A stretch of 63,408 nucleotides of DNA, filler included, from Salisapilia sapeloensis CBS 127946 (GCA_023334545.1; 10 parts of 10 records of this genome joined end to end with filler, not necessarily neighbours in it); one strand, 5' to 3'. Numbered from the whole stretch's first letter, positions 45,922-58,668 are shown. Program-made: numbers and translations. Notes: generated from the sequence alone by a model not told the origin.

Positions 45922-47403
45922 TTATGCTTGCAATGGCTGTAGCACTCCTAGCTCCCCTTTCTTACGACGAGATCTATCGACGGCCTTGATGGACTCTTCT
46001 TCCCAGTTCGCGTGGAAGTAGGCTGCTTGGAAACCAATGGCTGAGGTCACGGTATAGCCGCACAGCATGCCGATCCAAATTCCTAAAAAGAATCGCCTCC
46101 CACCAGCAAGGCCAAGCAAGTAAGCAGTGGGTACACCTACGACCCAGGCACCTGTACCGAAGCCTATCATCAGCGGTGTGGGTCTTGCTTGCGCTCGCAA
46201 GACAATCTATACCAAAGCCAACCTTCCAATTAATATAGCGAACATTGAACCGAACGAAGTAAAGAGAATACGCACGGCGGAATAGTAAAAGAAACTTAGG
46301 ATGAGGTAGGCAATCCCGCACATGCTGCAGACTTGGCCGAACAAGTTGATCACCTCGTCATCCTCGGAAAAAACATAGCCTAGGTGGTTTCGAAAGCCGA
46401 CGACGAAGGCAGAGTTGACGACCGCAATGGTTGCGATGCACCCGCCGGAGATCCTAGCAACCTGTCTGGCTTTATGATGCGATCCAGCTCCTAGGTAGCT
46501 ACCTACGCGTGTCACTGCACTGGTCGTGACGCCAAAGATAGGGCTCGTGGCAAAGAAAAATAGCTCCAACATGGCACTGTGCGCTCCTAACTGTACTTCT
46601 CCAATGACACCAGCAAAGACTGTCATGGTCTGTAGCTGCGTGTTTTCAAACAGCGTACCGGCAGCCAACGGCATGCCGACGAATACTAGTTTCGAAAATG
46701 CATCGTACTGTAGAAATGTCGTATCCCACTGGAGGTGACATTGCGCATGGTAGCGTTTGTAGATACCCATGTAATAGACGAAAGCAAAGAGTCGAATCCA
46801 CAAAGCGATGGTGGCGCCAATGGGACACCCGATGAAACCTAGTTCAGGTAGACCGAACATGCCGTAGGTTAGACCGAGTGTGAGGAGGAGGTTGACGGCG
46901 ACAGTTATTACGTTAAAGATGGTTGTGGGTAGGACGATGTGTTGGGCTTGGTAAAAGACTGTGAGTATTTGGAACATACCACGCGGCCACATTGCTAGTA
47001 TCGACACTCTGCTGTACGTGATTGCATAAGATGCTACCGATTCGGAGACGCCAGCTAGTAAAAGTAGGTCTCCCAAGTACCAATAGAGGACTGCTAATGG
47101 AATGCAAAGACATGACCGTACGAATGCTGTTAGTTGAGCGTAGTGTCCTAATAAGATCCAGTTCTTAGCACCAAAAGCTTGGGAGCATAGTGAGTTCATT
47201 CCGGCGTTAAAGCCCTGCATAAATACAAGTGTCGCTAAGTCCATCATCATCTGTGAGTAGGATACTGCAGCGAGTTGGTCGACACCCAAGTGGCCCATGA
47301 CACCGAGTTCAGTGAGACTAATGGCGAATAAACTGTAGGTCGAGAGCATAGAGGGTAGTGCTAGCGCCATCAATGCTCGAAACTCGTCCTTCATGGGCTC
47401 CAT
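45922..47403 (-). CDS. MATE family transporter (at least one intron near 46207-46272)
   Basis: EFRALMALALP, MGHLGVDQLAAV, SLCSQAFGAKN, RVGSYLGAG. A GTGCGT...TATAG intron joins to the IVLRAQARP exon. The start is uncertain. Confidence 0.88.
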
Positions 47404-49770
47404 CCCAAACAATACGATTAAAGTCCGCAGCATCGGGTGAAGAGTACAGAAGGGTCTCGTGATGGTATAATATCCAAACACGTACGTTTAGCCATTTAAA
47501 TAATCTGCGACATAAAGTCGATACTAGGGACGGATCTGTGTCTACGTTAGCTTCCCGGTGCGTCGTACGAAGTATCCAATGTGATCGAACATGCTCATAA
47601 CCTTCCTAAGGCGATCACGTATTCACGGCCACACAAGCGACTGCAGATCCTTCATATCTCAGATAGAACGAAGTGTCTTCAGTCGTAGGAAAATAGATAC
47701 GAAAGATCGATTGGATCTTTAGATCTTTGCGACCGAGAAGACGCGATCCGCAACACGGTATGGATGAGAAGTACGCTGCGAAGGATAAATGAGTCAATCG
47801 GCACGTCTATCGTCTTCTAAGATATCCATTGATGAGCTACCAAGGGTCATATCGAATCGTCTTTACTTTGTAAATGATAGCAAATAATGGAAAGAGACAT
47901 GCTTTGTGACGATTGTTCAGTCATGACAATTCACCCTAGCTAGATCCGACGAAAGCATAGTTGTAAGTACTCAGAACACTAGCCAAAGTGTGCCTCCAGT
48001 CCATAAGATACGCATAGATGGATGAAGAAATCCGTAATTGGTCGTCTGGTAACCCAGAGCGATCGCCCTTCGCCAGCAGCCTTTTGATGCAAGTAATACA
48101 TATGAACGAGCAATAGCAAAATGCGGTAAGTTTTCTTGCACTTCATCTTGCAAACAGGTGGATGCTAGTGACATTTCAACCGCCAGATTGAGTGCAAGCA
48201 ATGATCGCGCAAATTGTATTAATCGGACTGTCGAAATCCATCGCTGGTCGCAAGCTTCGGAAGTGACTTGAAATGCTGATCCTCAGTGTATAGACAAGCA
48301 TCGGCCCAGAAATTGTCTTTTGTGCATACTAATATCGATCTCTAATAGAGCATGCTCATCGTACAAGCGGCGGAGTTGTCGAACGTAAATGCTGTCCAAG
48401 CTGCAAGTTACAAAAGGAATAATAAACTGAATGACAGTAAAGAATAAATTCAAGTATGCATAAATATGAAAGTATCGCAGACAGGCCCGCTTTTAGTTTC
48501 CATCCCTTTGCTGCACGGATAACTGTTTACGAATGTCTTCTCCATATGTGCAGCTCTATGCATCAAACGAATTGCGCTGGTTCTCTAGCACTGCGAAGAG
48601 AAGTGTATCCTACTAGCTCAAACGCAAAGAATGCTTATCTTGCTCATCTTCACTAAGGAAGAAATTAAAAGGCTTTACAGGCAAGTATTCAATCAGCATT
48701 GCTCAAGTGAAAGTCCTCATTTTTAAATACTGAGAGTATCCTATTTTTGTCAAAGCAGCATCAACGTTAATCTGGTGGGCAACGAACTCTAGCATGAATT
48801 ACTGGACTGCAATTGTACAAGAAGGCCAGTTGCATTCGCTGACACTCTCTTTGTACAGCCTTCCATTTCTTTCAATTTTTACGCGTAGAGAGCGTCGGCA
48901 AACGTAACCTTTATAGGCATATAATTCACTTGCATGCATGTGTACAAGCGAACGATGCTATCAACTGCTTCACTGCTGGCAAGAAATGTACGTCTGGTAG
49001 TATAGCTTGCTATGGATGCAATTGCATGTTGTAGGCTGCAATTAGTAATATGACTATGGTCAGAACATCCTTTACATTCACAAAGGTTGCCGGAAAGGAA
49101 ATAGTTAGCATAGGAATCTCGCGTACATCGATAAATTAGTCCAAGTCGGCCTTGACACAAAGCTGCAAGATTTAACACATGAAATCAAGTCAGTTGTGAA
49201 GGTTACCAGTTTATATTTATGCCTACTGATTCGAGTAGCCAGCAGAGCGTTTGAACACCTTCAAGGCCGATAACTATTTCATATAACCTTATTAATTGGA
49301 CAAGAATGGCAGTAGTCTACTACTGAGCGTGATGTATGCTGTGGTTCTTTCTTGGTCGTGGCATGCAACAATGGGTCGATGACGGTCTCAGCTTTCACAA
49401 ATAAGTGTTTTGTAGCTTTCTCTCCCACTTTCCCAACGATTTTGTGCAGCAAACTGTAGCTGGTGAACGCCATAAATTTGCTTCTAGCTACGACAATCTC
49501 CATTATCTATTAACCAACTTCGAAAAAAAATACAAGTATCTGCGTGTGATAAAATTATCAGCCTTTAGATGCAATTATAGATACAGCCGTTCAGTCCTCT
49601 AGCATGCTAATAACAACACTTTTATATTCCTCTATATTTGAAGGTAGCACGAAGAAAAAGACTTTGCTTACTTGTAGATATATGCTTCATGTTCATCTCT
49701 CTAAATGCCTTCCATCTGAGTTCAAAACTGCAAAGGTCATCACACTAACTTACAAACCTCCCCAATTTCT

Positions 49771-50080
49771 TTAATCAGCAAAGTCGATCATAACGGTCAT
49801 AAAACGCCGACGCTCAGAACTGGACAGACCAAGCTCTGTATCCTGCAACCGCAAGGGAAAGTTATGGACGATATCGGTTAGCTTCTTGGCAGCGATTGCC
49901 TGAACTTCCCAGTTCCGGGCATTTTCCAACAAACGAAAGACAGTACGCACGTCCGCTGATTTCACCAAATAGTCCCACAGAGGACAAGTCGAAAAGTCCG
50001 AGCTCACGAGGTTCAGGACGATCTGCTCCGCCGTCTCTGATACTTCTTCCGGACCATGGAGGACGTTCCGGATGATCACA
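49771..50080 (-). CDS. 3' end of an unknown protein (5' truncated)
   Basis: Open frame from the contig edge with gene-like GC next to an AT-rich region. No motif recognised. Confidence 0.45.
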
Positions 50081-50180
50081 NNNNNNNNNNNNNNNNNNNN
50101 NNNNNNNNNNNNNNNNNNNNNNNNTTAATTAATTAANNNNNNNNNNNNNNNNNNNNNNNNNNNNNNNNNNNNNNNNNNNN

Positions 50181-50454
50181 GCACCCGATTCGCCGCATGA
50201 TCGATAACAAGCTAGCTGTGTCTCTGTCTACGGACAATTGCACCGTGTCGCACACGAACATGCTGCGAGAAGTGCGTCTCGCATGCGACGCCTTCCGCTT
50301 GACGCCGCACGAACTCAAACGTATCTTGCTCACTGGGTTCAAACGACCCTTCATGAACGCTGATTACGTCGACAAGCGAGGTTATAATCACCATGTGACT
50401 TACTACTACGATCGTCTAGCCAAGGAGTTTGGCATCGAGGACACAGGACATTAA
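50181..50454 (+). CDS. Adenosine deaminase-like, C-terminal fragment
   Basis: HPIRRM...VSLSTDN...S.TNMLRE matches the ADA-family C-terminal HP...TD motif. Confidence 0.75.
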
Positions 50455-50565
50455 GGGTGCTCATGTACCTCGTTCCGGAATGAAAACACCATTGTCTCAT
50501 TATATAAGCTATATTTGTATCTTCACGTCGAAAAACGTCCAAATCCATTTTCACTTGATATAAGA

Positions 50566-51595
50566 ATGATGCGCATGGGAGGTACGTTCCGATCGATCGG
50601 GCGTCGGATGATGTCGACGACCAAGAGCATGGTGGAAGTCGAGAAAAAGTCAAGCTACGCCATCGTCCGTCTGAACCGTCCACCCGTGAATTCACTCAAT
50701 ACAGCCGTAGGAACTCTATTTCAATCGATATACAAGTAGATTCATCCTGTACGTAGTTACTCCAAGAACTGGAATCGACGATCAAGGAGCTAGAGGAAGA
50801 CAAGAGCGTCCGGTACTGGAGTTATTGTAAGAAATGCATTCAAGTTTTATAAATGTGAAATAGAGGCATGATCCTCGCCTCAACGAATCAGAAGATCTTC
50901 ACGGCAGGGCTCGACATCCTCCACCTGTACGACCCAAAGGTCTCTTGCTTCCTACCGCATGCTCTACCGCCGCATTCACATCTAGTATAGAGAGATGAAC
51001 TCTTCCAGTTCTGGACAGCACTCCAGGATCTGTATCTACGCTTATACTTGTCTCCATTAGCGACCGTTGCCGCCATCGAAGGTCACAGTCCAGCTGGAGG
51101 ATGCCTCCTCTCCATCTGCTGCGACTATCGGATCATGGCAACCGGCGGTCCGCTCATCGGACTGAATGAAACGAAACTAGGTATCGTCGCGCCATTCTGG
51201 TTCGGGGATACCTTTGTAAACACCATCGGGCAGCGCCAAGCAGAGAAGATGCTGGGGCTTGGCATGCAAGTGCCAGCGGAAGAAGCCGCCAGAATCGGAC
51301 TCGTGGATGAAGCGTTGCCTTTGGACCAAGTGTTTCCTCGATCTGAGTCAGCCATTCAAGAATGGCTCGCCATCCCCGGTAACCTCCTCTCTCTCTGCCT
51401 ATCGACTACAACTAACACTCAGACATAGATGCCGCGCGGCAAGCGTCGAAACTTTCGCGACGTGAAGCGACAGCGCAGAAACTCAAGGACCATCGCGAAT
51501 CGGATTTTGAAACGATTTTCGACTTTGCTTCTCGTCCATCGGTCGTGGAACTCGTCGGCAAGTACCTCTCGTCACTGAAGAAAGGAAAAAAGTAA
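50566..51595 (+). CDS. ECI1: Mitochondrial enoyl-CoA delta-isomerase (crotonase fold), multi-intron
   Basis: Presequence-like N-terminus, LNRPPVNSLN, IFTAGLDI, IEGHSPAGGC, IGLNETKLGIVAPFW. Confidence 0.88.
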
Positions 51596-51665
51596 TGGAA
51601 TAAAAACGTTCGCCTCGTTCTCAGTTTTTCATGTAAACTAGTTGGAGATACGAGGTCGAGTCCTA

Positions 51666-52343
51666 TTAAAACGATTCACTTCGTTCCTGTCGAGACGGAT
51701 GGACGCTCAGTTTCTGACACATGGACTTCATTAATCCACCTCGTTCCTTCCCTTCCTTCTTCATCTCTTTCCCAAAGTAAGCATAGTCCTCTCGACTATA
51801 ATACACATCTTCAAAGTCGAATGACTCGCGTGGGAACGTCGAGACTTTAATCTCGTCGCAAAACTCCACTTTCCTACCTTCGCTTTCGTGCGATACACTA
51901 TGCAAGAACGGATCGACGCCATGGGAATCCTGCAGGCTCTTCGAGTATAGCGTGTTCACCCATCGGCCCAGGTGTTTGCGCTGATACAGCCGTAGCCGCA
52001 GGACGCTCCCGGTGTCTTTCGACCGAAGATAAATACAGGCGCGGTCAAAGCCAAAGACACTGACTTGTGGCGTCTCTGGCAGTGGTGTCAACAACAGTGG
52101 GATCTGTCGCTCTGGTTTGTCCTTTCGTTTAAAGTCTGCGCGGCGGGCGTACAGGTCGAGCGTCGAGTCATTCAGGACGCAGTAGAACCAACGAGACGTG
52201 GACCATTTCCACTGGTTCGCATTCGGGGAAGGGATCGACGCCGACCGCCGCGTTAGACCTTTCTTGTACTGATGCTCTTCAATCTTGCCAAAGTCTGCAA
52301 GCATCTTCTGGCTGAGGCAAATCGGGAAATGAACGACCTTCAA
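51666..52343 (-). CDS. PH-like domain protein
   Basis: WSTSRWFYCVLNDSTLDLY...RWVNTL resembles a PH fold. The 5' end is unclear. Confidence 0.5.
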   Translation of the reverse strand: MKVVHFPICLSQKMLADFGKIEEHQYKKGLTRRSASIPSPNANQWKWSTSRWFYCVLNDSTLDLYARRADFKRKDKPERQIPLLLTPLPETPQVSVFGFDRACIYLRSKDTGSVLRLRLYQRKHLGRWVNTLYSKSLQDSHGVDPFLHSVSHESEGRKVEFCDEIKVSTFPRESFDFEDVYYSREDYAYFGKEMKKEGKERGGLMKSMCQKLSVHPSRQERSESF

Positions 52344-53618
52344 GGCAGAAGCGTGGATTGTTTATGTTGTAGATGACAATACGTAGGCGCTCTGGGTTGG
52401 TGTGAGATGCGGCCGGCGGTTAGAGAGTGGACGCAGACACGTCGAAGGCGTACGAGAGAAAGTGGGACGAACGATGCTAGGCGTAAGACACTTGGCTCCA
52501 AGTCGAATGGCTTGTAGGAGGAAGGATGAGGTATATGCGATCTAGTGGCATGGCTTCATTTTAATTTTCTTTCGTCATGGATTTCATGTCCATGTGGCTA
52601 AATCGACCAGATACTGGCTGGTTGGCAGGCACGAATCTCCTTTGCAACTGCATATGGGTAAACGGTACGAAAGAGGTCGCATACGATCGTAGATTTGTGC
52701 TTTATTCGACGAAGTTAGTAGTAAAAGCAAGCTCTTGTCGTTGAGTACGGAGTAGAGTCAGCGAATCTTTGGTTGAAAAGGTGCTTGATCCCACTATAAG
52801 ATCGTCTTGGATGGACCCTGTCCTACTTGCCGTTTTAAAATGAAAAATTCTCTACTACAGAGCTCATGTTCAACTTCAAAGGTTTTGCTAGGGATGATTC
52901 GGCATATAAAACCGATATAACGGCGGTTTCTGCTCTGATGCGGGACAGGATGACGATGCAATGTTATAAAAGAAGCCCCAGCCGGCGCTTGCTTTACCGT
53001 GTTGGCGCGACCCGCCGGCTCCTGTTTAACACCAAATGCAAGCAGATTAGGTCTCTCGCTGTGCATAAAGAATCCTAAGTTTCCGTTTGACCATGTCAGG
53101 CACATGCGCGCAAGGCATCTGGTAGCAGAAATTGCAATCGATGCGTCCATGGCAATCTACTAAGCGCAAGGTGTCCATAGCTACATGTACATTCGTTCCA
53201 ATGACTTCACATCTGATAGGTCGCCCGTGAAAATTTGCAACGCATCGTCTCCATCGAGTCAATCACACTCATAGCACTCGCAGCTGCGTAGCGTGCTTCC
53301 ATCGAATCGCAAATTTCCAAGCTTGCATCGATCCCTCTATACCTTCTTGTGTCCAAATCATCAAATATATCCACGAGCCAAAGAAAGACTGATAACATGC
53401 AAATGGTATTGCAACACACAAGTCATAGGTAGCAAAGGAGTACATGTTAATTCAGGTCGATGTTGAATGAAGTAAAGAGAAAGCTAAAATGGCGGACGCC
53501 CTTACTTTTCCACAGGGANNNNNNNNNNNNNNNNNNNNNNNNNNNNNNNNNNNNNNNNNNNNTTAATTAATTAANNNNNNNNNNNNNNNNNNNNNNNNNN
53601 NNNNNNNNNNNNNNNNNN

Positions 53619-55213
53619 ACGCTATCCCTCGAAAGGGACAGCAAACGGTGTCCATTCCTGTCAGCAAGTCCAAGGCAAGTGTTCATGTTCTATCTGGAAC
53701 AGCCAAGGTCGTGGACTACGCTGTCTTTAAAGCCATGGAAGTCGAGGAAGGTTTGAAAACTGCTCCATACCTGCTTGCATTGACGCTCGAGATGGATCAG
53801 CTGGCGACATCTCGTCTAGAGGTCAAGATGGAGGAGAATTATGTGGACGAAAGGTATCCGACAGTACTTTTCGATGAGCTGTCCATTGAGAACGACTTGG
53901 TCAAGGTGACATTTGACAAGTCCAAAGGATCTATCCAGTCGATCAAGAATAAGAAGTCAGGGGTGGAAGTACCGCTCACGTCTCAAGTGCAATACTACCA
54001 GGCGTATCAGGGTGAAGGCCACAAGTCTGGTGCCTACGCCTTCCGTCCAGACTCAAGTAAGACCCACAGTGTCATGCAAGGAGATGCAGAGCTCATTCAG
54101 CTGGAGGTTGGAGGTGTCGATGCCGACTCCAACTTGAAACGAGTAGCTTTCAAAATTGGCGAGTGGACGACGATGGAGTACCGCTTGAATGCTGGAGATG
54201 AGTTTGTGGAAGTCGAGTGGACGGTTGGTCCCATTCCAATCGAAGACAAGATTGGAAAGGAAGTCATTATCCGCTTCGACACTCAAGGCTCTATCCAGTC
54301 TCAGTCCAAATTCTACAGCGACTCCAATGGCATGGAACTCCTCGAGCGCGTTCGGAACCACCGCGATACATGGGACATTGTCCTGCACGATGACCAGGAG
54401 GTTGTCGCAAGTAACTACTACCCCATCACGGCAGGAGTGTACATTAAGGACGATACGCACCAGCTCAGTATCGCAACTGACCGTGCACAAGGAGCTACTA
54501 GTCTCAAGGACGGCCAGCTTGAAGTCATGGTTCATCGTCGCCTGCTAGCAGATGACAGCAAGGGTGTCAACGAGCACTTGAACGAGACCCAAACGTTTAC
54601 TGACCGCAATGGGAAGAAGGTGACGCGAGGACTAGTGGCTCGAGGCTCCATGTTCTTGAACGTCGACAAGGTTGAGCAAGGCATGAAGAGTCTACGTAGC
54701 AAGATGGAGAAAATGGTCTACACGCCGCTGCTTGCCTACCGTCAGAGTGCATACAAAGACGTCCAAGGCAAAGAGCCGTGGGTGTCGGTTGCAGAGTTTC
54801 CTCCAAACATTGGATTGACGACGCTCGAGATGATTGGAGACGGATGCGTCATGACGAGACTGTCGCACTTGTACGCCGTCGGTGAACACTCGGAGCTTTC
54901 CAAGAACGCCAATATTGACTTTAGCAAACTCTTCTTTGCCCAAAAGTCAAAGCTAAAGAGCGTCAAGGAGCTCAGTCTGACTGGCGTATGGGACCTGAAC
55001 GAAGTGAACAGCGGGAAGGTGGAATGGAAGACAGAGGAAGAAGCTATTGGAAGCGGACCGGAAGCGAGCAAGAAGCTCGTCGGCACGACTGTCGAGATGC
55101 AGCCGATGGAAGTGCGGACGTTCCAGTTATGCTTTTCGAAGCAGTCAAGGAATGATGTGGTGTGGGCGGATAAGCTCATGTATGAGTTGAATCATCCTGA
55201 TGCACAAGAGTGA
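53619..55213 (+). CDS. GH38 lysosomal-type alpha-mannosidase, C-terminal half (5' truncated)
   Basis: SGAYAFRP, EVEWTVGPIP, FYSDSNG, NYYPIT, GQLEVMVHRRLLADD.KGV.E.LNE. Confidence 0.92.
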
Positions 55214-55286
55214 ATGTCGAGGTATGAAGATGTCGAATGAAAAAAGGTTGACATCTAAACTCTTGCATTGGTTTTACATTCTTGTC

Positions 55287-58154
55287 TTAGGATACAGAAG
55301 CCAGTGTAGAGGACGCCAAGACAAGTTCCAGCATTACAAGACATACGATCCAAACTACTTTCAACCGGATGCTACGTCGAATATCTTGTAGATGCCTCTC
55401 GATGACTTGCTTCAGTAGACCCTTTGCATGAACGTTTCCATCGTCGTAGCAGAATGCAGACAACTGAAGGCGACCTCCACTTAGCGATCGCCACGACATT
55501 GCACCAGCCACTCGAATGATTAACCGAAAGACAAGTCCGTGGATAACAAAGACGATGATCAGCAGCCACCACGTTACGACCGACAGATACACAACTCGTT
55601 CAGCCGCACAACCTCCTCTCGCTTGTAGCATTTGCACATCGTTGGAGTTTCCAGTGCATTCATTCGGTGGGTTCGGTAATATATCCGGAAGACGTGACTT
55701 TATTGGCTCATCGAGCACAGTTGGAGTCTCGACACTCCAGCCTTGGAGCCCAGTGTTCAAGCAGAGTAGGCTTGATGACTCTTCACCACTGATAAACTCT
55801 GGAGATGCATCGACTGAGCAGTTTTGAACGCTTGCTGCAATTCTTGTCAGTACACCTTGGATATCTTGTAGCTCGGCAAAGGTATCTATGTCGAGCATGA
55901 GCCATGTGGATGTAAAGAATGTCTGATACGTATCATACCATTCTGACGCCGAAGCGCGCTCTCCATTTCCTTCCTCATCTTTTCCTTGTTTGCTTTGTAC
56001 TCGGTGTTGAGAAGCGTTGTCTGCTGCTCCATTTCACTTTCAAGTCGACTGAAGCGGCTACCTTCACCGTCATTTGCTGAGAAGAGCTGATAGAGTAGTT
56101 GGAAGAGTGTCTGGCGAGTCGACGATGCTGCTGGTTGCTCCGTACCACCATTCGATTGGATACAAGCGTCCAGAAAACGATTTTTCCAACCCCACAAGAG
56201 CAGCGTGCCACCTATGCCAACGAGCACTCGAACTATTTCCTGAGCAATCAATTCCAGTAGGTTACTCAGGCTGCTAGTAAGTGATGCCCATCCATTCAGT
56301 ATCCGTCGATGACAACGCACGAGGCTAAGCGCATCCGTCTATCTCAGGCATACCATCAGCTCACGAGCGAATATTAAGTGTATACATGAGAACTGTTCTT
56401 ACGAAGGAATGGGCGAACGACAAGTCTCGAATGTCAACAGGAGGGATGTCCGAGTATGAATGTGTTAAGATGGCGAGAATGAAATCGATTAGGACGACTG
56501 ACTTCCGAATCACGTCCAGGATGAGAATAACTGTAAAGAAATTTGCCCCCATGTCCGATAGAGACCCCTCCATGAGCACCACATCGAAGCTCTCATCATC
56601 TTCTCTGTCTGTAGACATCCTCTGCTCACTTTGCTTCTGAGTCGTGTTCACCAATTGGTCTCTAACGTCTTTAAAGCGTTTCGAATCATCACTGGATATA
56701 ATCATAGCGTTATTTGGGCTATCTAGTGCTTGTAGATGGTCTTTCGTGATCATCGATATCAACATCGCTTTCAGCTTCTGTTCTGATCTTCGCCATGCTT
56801 GCATCGTCCTATTCAACATGGCTTCAGTGTGCTTCCTTCGCTCTTGGTCCACCCGGTCCAGTCCGACAACAAGCTCATGTTGAAACTGTTGCAGAGTAGT
56901 GGAAACATTGGCGAGTGTCGCGTTCACTCTTTCCTGACCTTCTTCAGTAATATTTCTCAGTTCCTTGGTGAGCGCTTGATTCCATTTGATAAGAGCCTTC
57001 GAAAGAAACGTAAAGTCTCGGAATGTGTCGCCGACGAAACGTACAAAGTCCATCAAGGCTGAGCCGATGCCACTTACAAGACTGACGACTTGAACTCCTT
57101 TGTTAGCCAAACGCTCACCCACTTCTTCCATACCTTTTGCTAGAGCTACAAAATCGACGTTTCCATTGCCCAAGACAGTAAAGTTTGACTGTCGCAAAAG
57201 CTCCTTTATTGCAATTGGCATTTGACCGACCACGTTCGCACTTGAGACACGAAGGAGGCGAGATAATTCATCATTGATGAGAAACATGGAGGCATTGAGT
57301 GACTTTGAAATGTAAGAAACGCTGTCGGTCTCGGGAGAGTGTTCTGAGTCCTTACTATGTTGAATAAACTCAGTCATCGATCTCGCTTGTGCTTCTTCAA
57401 TCGCACGCTCTAGTAGAGCACTTCTTGCTCTTTGCAAGAAGAGTTGACCAGAAGCACTGGAAGCTACATTATCGTCTGCTAGCATAGCATCAAATTGGCT
57501 GGATAAGCATTCCGACTGGTTGCTCTCGTCTCCAGTACTTGCTTCAAGCTTCATGACGCCATCTTTGTCTCCACGCAGACGATTAAACAGATACGTAGCG
57601 CCTGAAAAGCATGTCAGTGAAATCGGGTTTTACCAAGTTTCTATCCACCTAACAAGCGTACATGTTGCCGTCTGATTTTCACGTCGCGCTAACTCGTCTG
57701 CGTTGTCTTGAATCGTTAACAGCGACATTTGCTTGTAAACTTCGAGTTGGCTCTTCGCGTAGGCAAGCGATCCGATAGATTGTTCAAGTGCGCAGGAGGA
57801 CATCCTCTCTAGTTCTTGCTCGACGATAGCTTTTGTGCTTCGAGCTTCCGCAAGTGCTTCAGGGACATTCCAAGCAGCCAATAGACCTTTTGTAAAGAGA
57901 GCAGAAGCGTAGACACCGCTTGCGATGGAGCACAAGACGAAGACGATAATAAATTTCAAACGAGAATGCGTCCGTAGAGTATGTGTTACTTGGTCGTTTG
58001 GATCATGATCTTCTTGACCGTGCTTTGCCCTCGGAAATAGCTCGTAGTAAGGTTTGGGCGTGTCATTCAGATCAGTAGGTACAGGATAGATCGCATTACA
58101 CGAAACGGATAAAGACGAAAGTGGACGATGCGCCTCCGGAGCAACCTTCACCAT
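55287..58154 (-). CDS. Uncharacterised multipass membrane protein with large coiled-coil loops (about 4 exons, about 900 aa)
   Basis: ORFs 57630-58154, 56361-57554, 55886-56320 and 55287-55898 appear linked by short introns (GT-AG junctions read for the first two joins only). There are 4-5 hydrophobic segments. Confidence 0.65.
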
Positions 58155-58297
58155 GTCTGCCAGAAGACAAGTGGCTTCACATCCTTCTCGACAAGACTAG
58201 AGAGAAAATGACATGAAAAGCGGAGACCAAGAACGAAACGATGCAAAAGGTTGACAGAATAACATTTCTTTCCATTAAACCAAACAAAAAAGGATTG

Positions 58298-58396
58298 GAG
58301 TACTCATAAATAAGAATGAATGAATTAGATTGCTGTCGTATCATAAAGACGAATGTCTTTCAAACGACGCGCATGAAGTTTTAAATCCTTGTACTC
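58298..58396 (-). ncRNA. Box C/D snoRNA, SNORD10-like 28S guide
   Basis: Terminal stem GAGTAC/GTACTC. The 13-nt guide TTCATGCGCGTCG is complementary to conserved LSU UGACGCGCAUGAA and is followed by T + TTGA (D'). Then come an AAGAC/GTCTT hairpin and ATGATA (C'-like). Boxes C and D are degenerate. Confidence 0.7.
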
Positions 58397-58419
58397 GCTA
58401 CAACTAGAATCGAATGGAA

Positions 58420-58595
58420 CGCTCAGACATCCAAGGAAGTTGAAGCCTCAGCCGGCATTCACCTACAAGGCAGCTGCGTTAGAGCTTCCGAAGAAGCAAT
58501 CGCGACCGACCAAGTAGATGAAATCGACCATTACGGCCACCGTCGGCAAAAACACTGCGAATGTTTAAGGGATAAACCTCGTTTTCATCACTGCG
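58420..58595 (-). ncRNA. U14: U14 snoRNA (SNORD14/snR128)
   Basis: CGC-A-GTGATGA (box C), domain A CATTCGCAGT (anti-18S ACUGCGAAUG), domain B CTTCCTTGGATGT (anti-18S ACAUCCAAGGAAG), box D CTGA, closing GCG. Confidence 0.93.
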
Positions 58596-58668
58596 AACCC
58601 AATGTCTCCAAACGGAGATGTGCTTTTCAACACTTTGCCACCCCTAGCTATCCTATGTGGTGTCGTGG

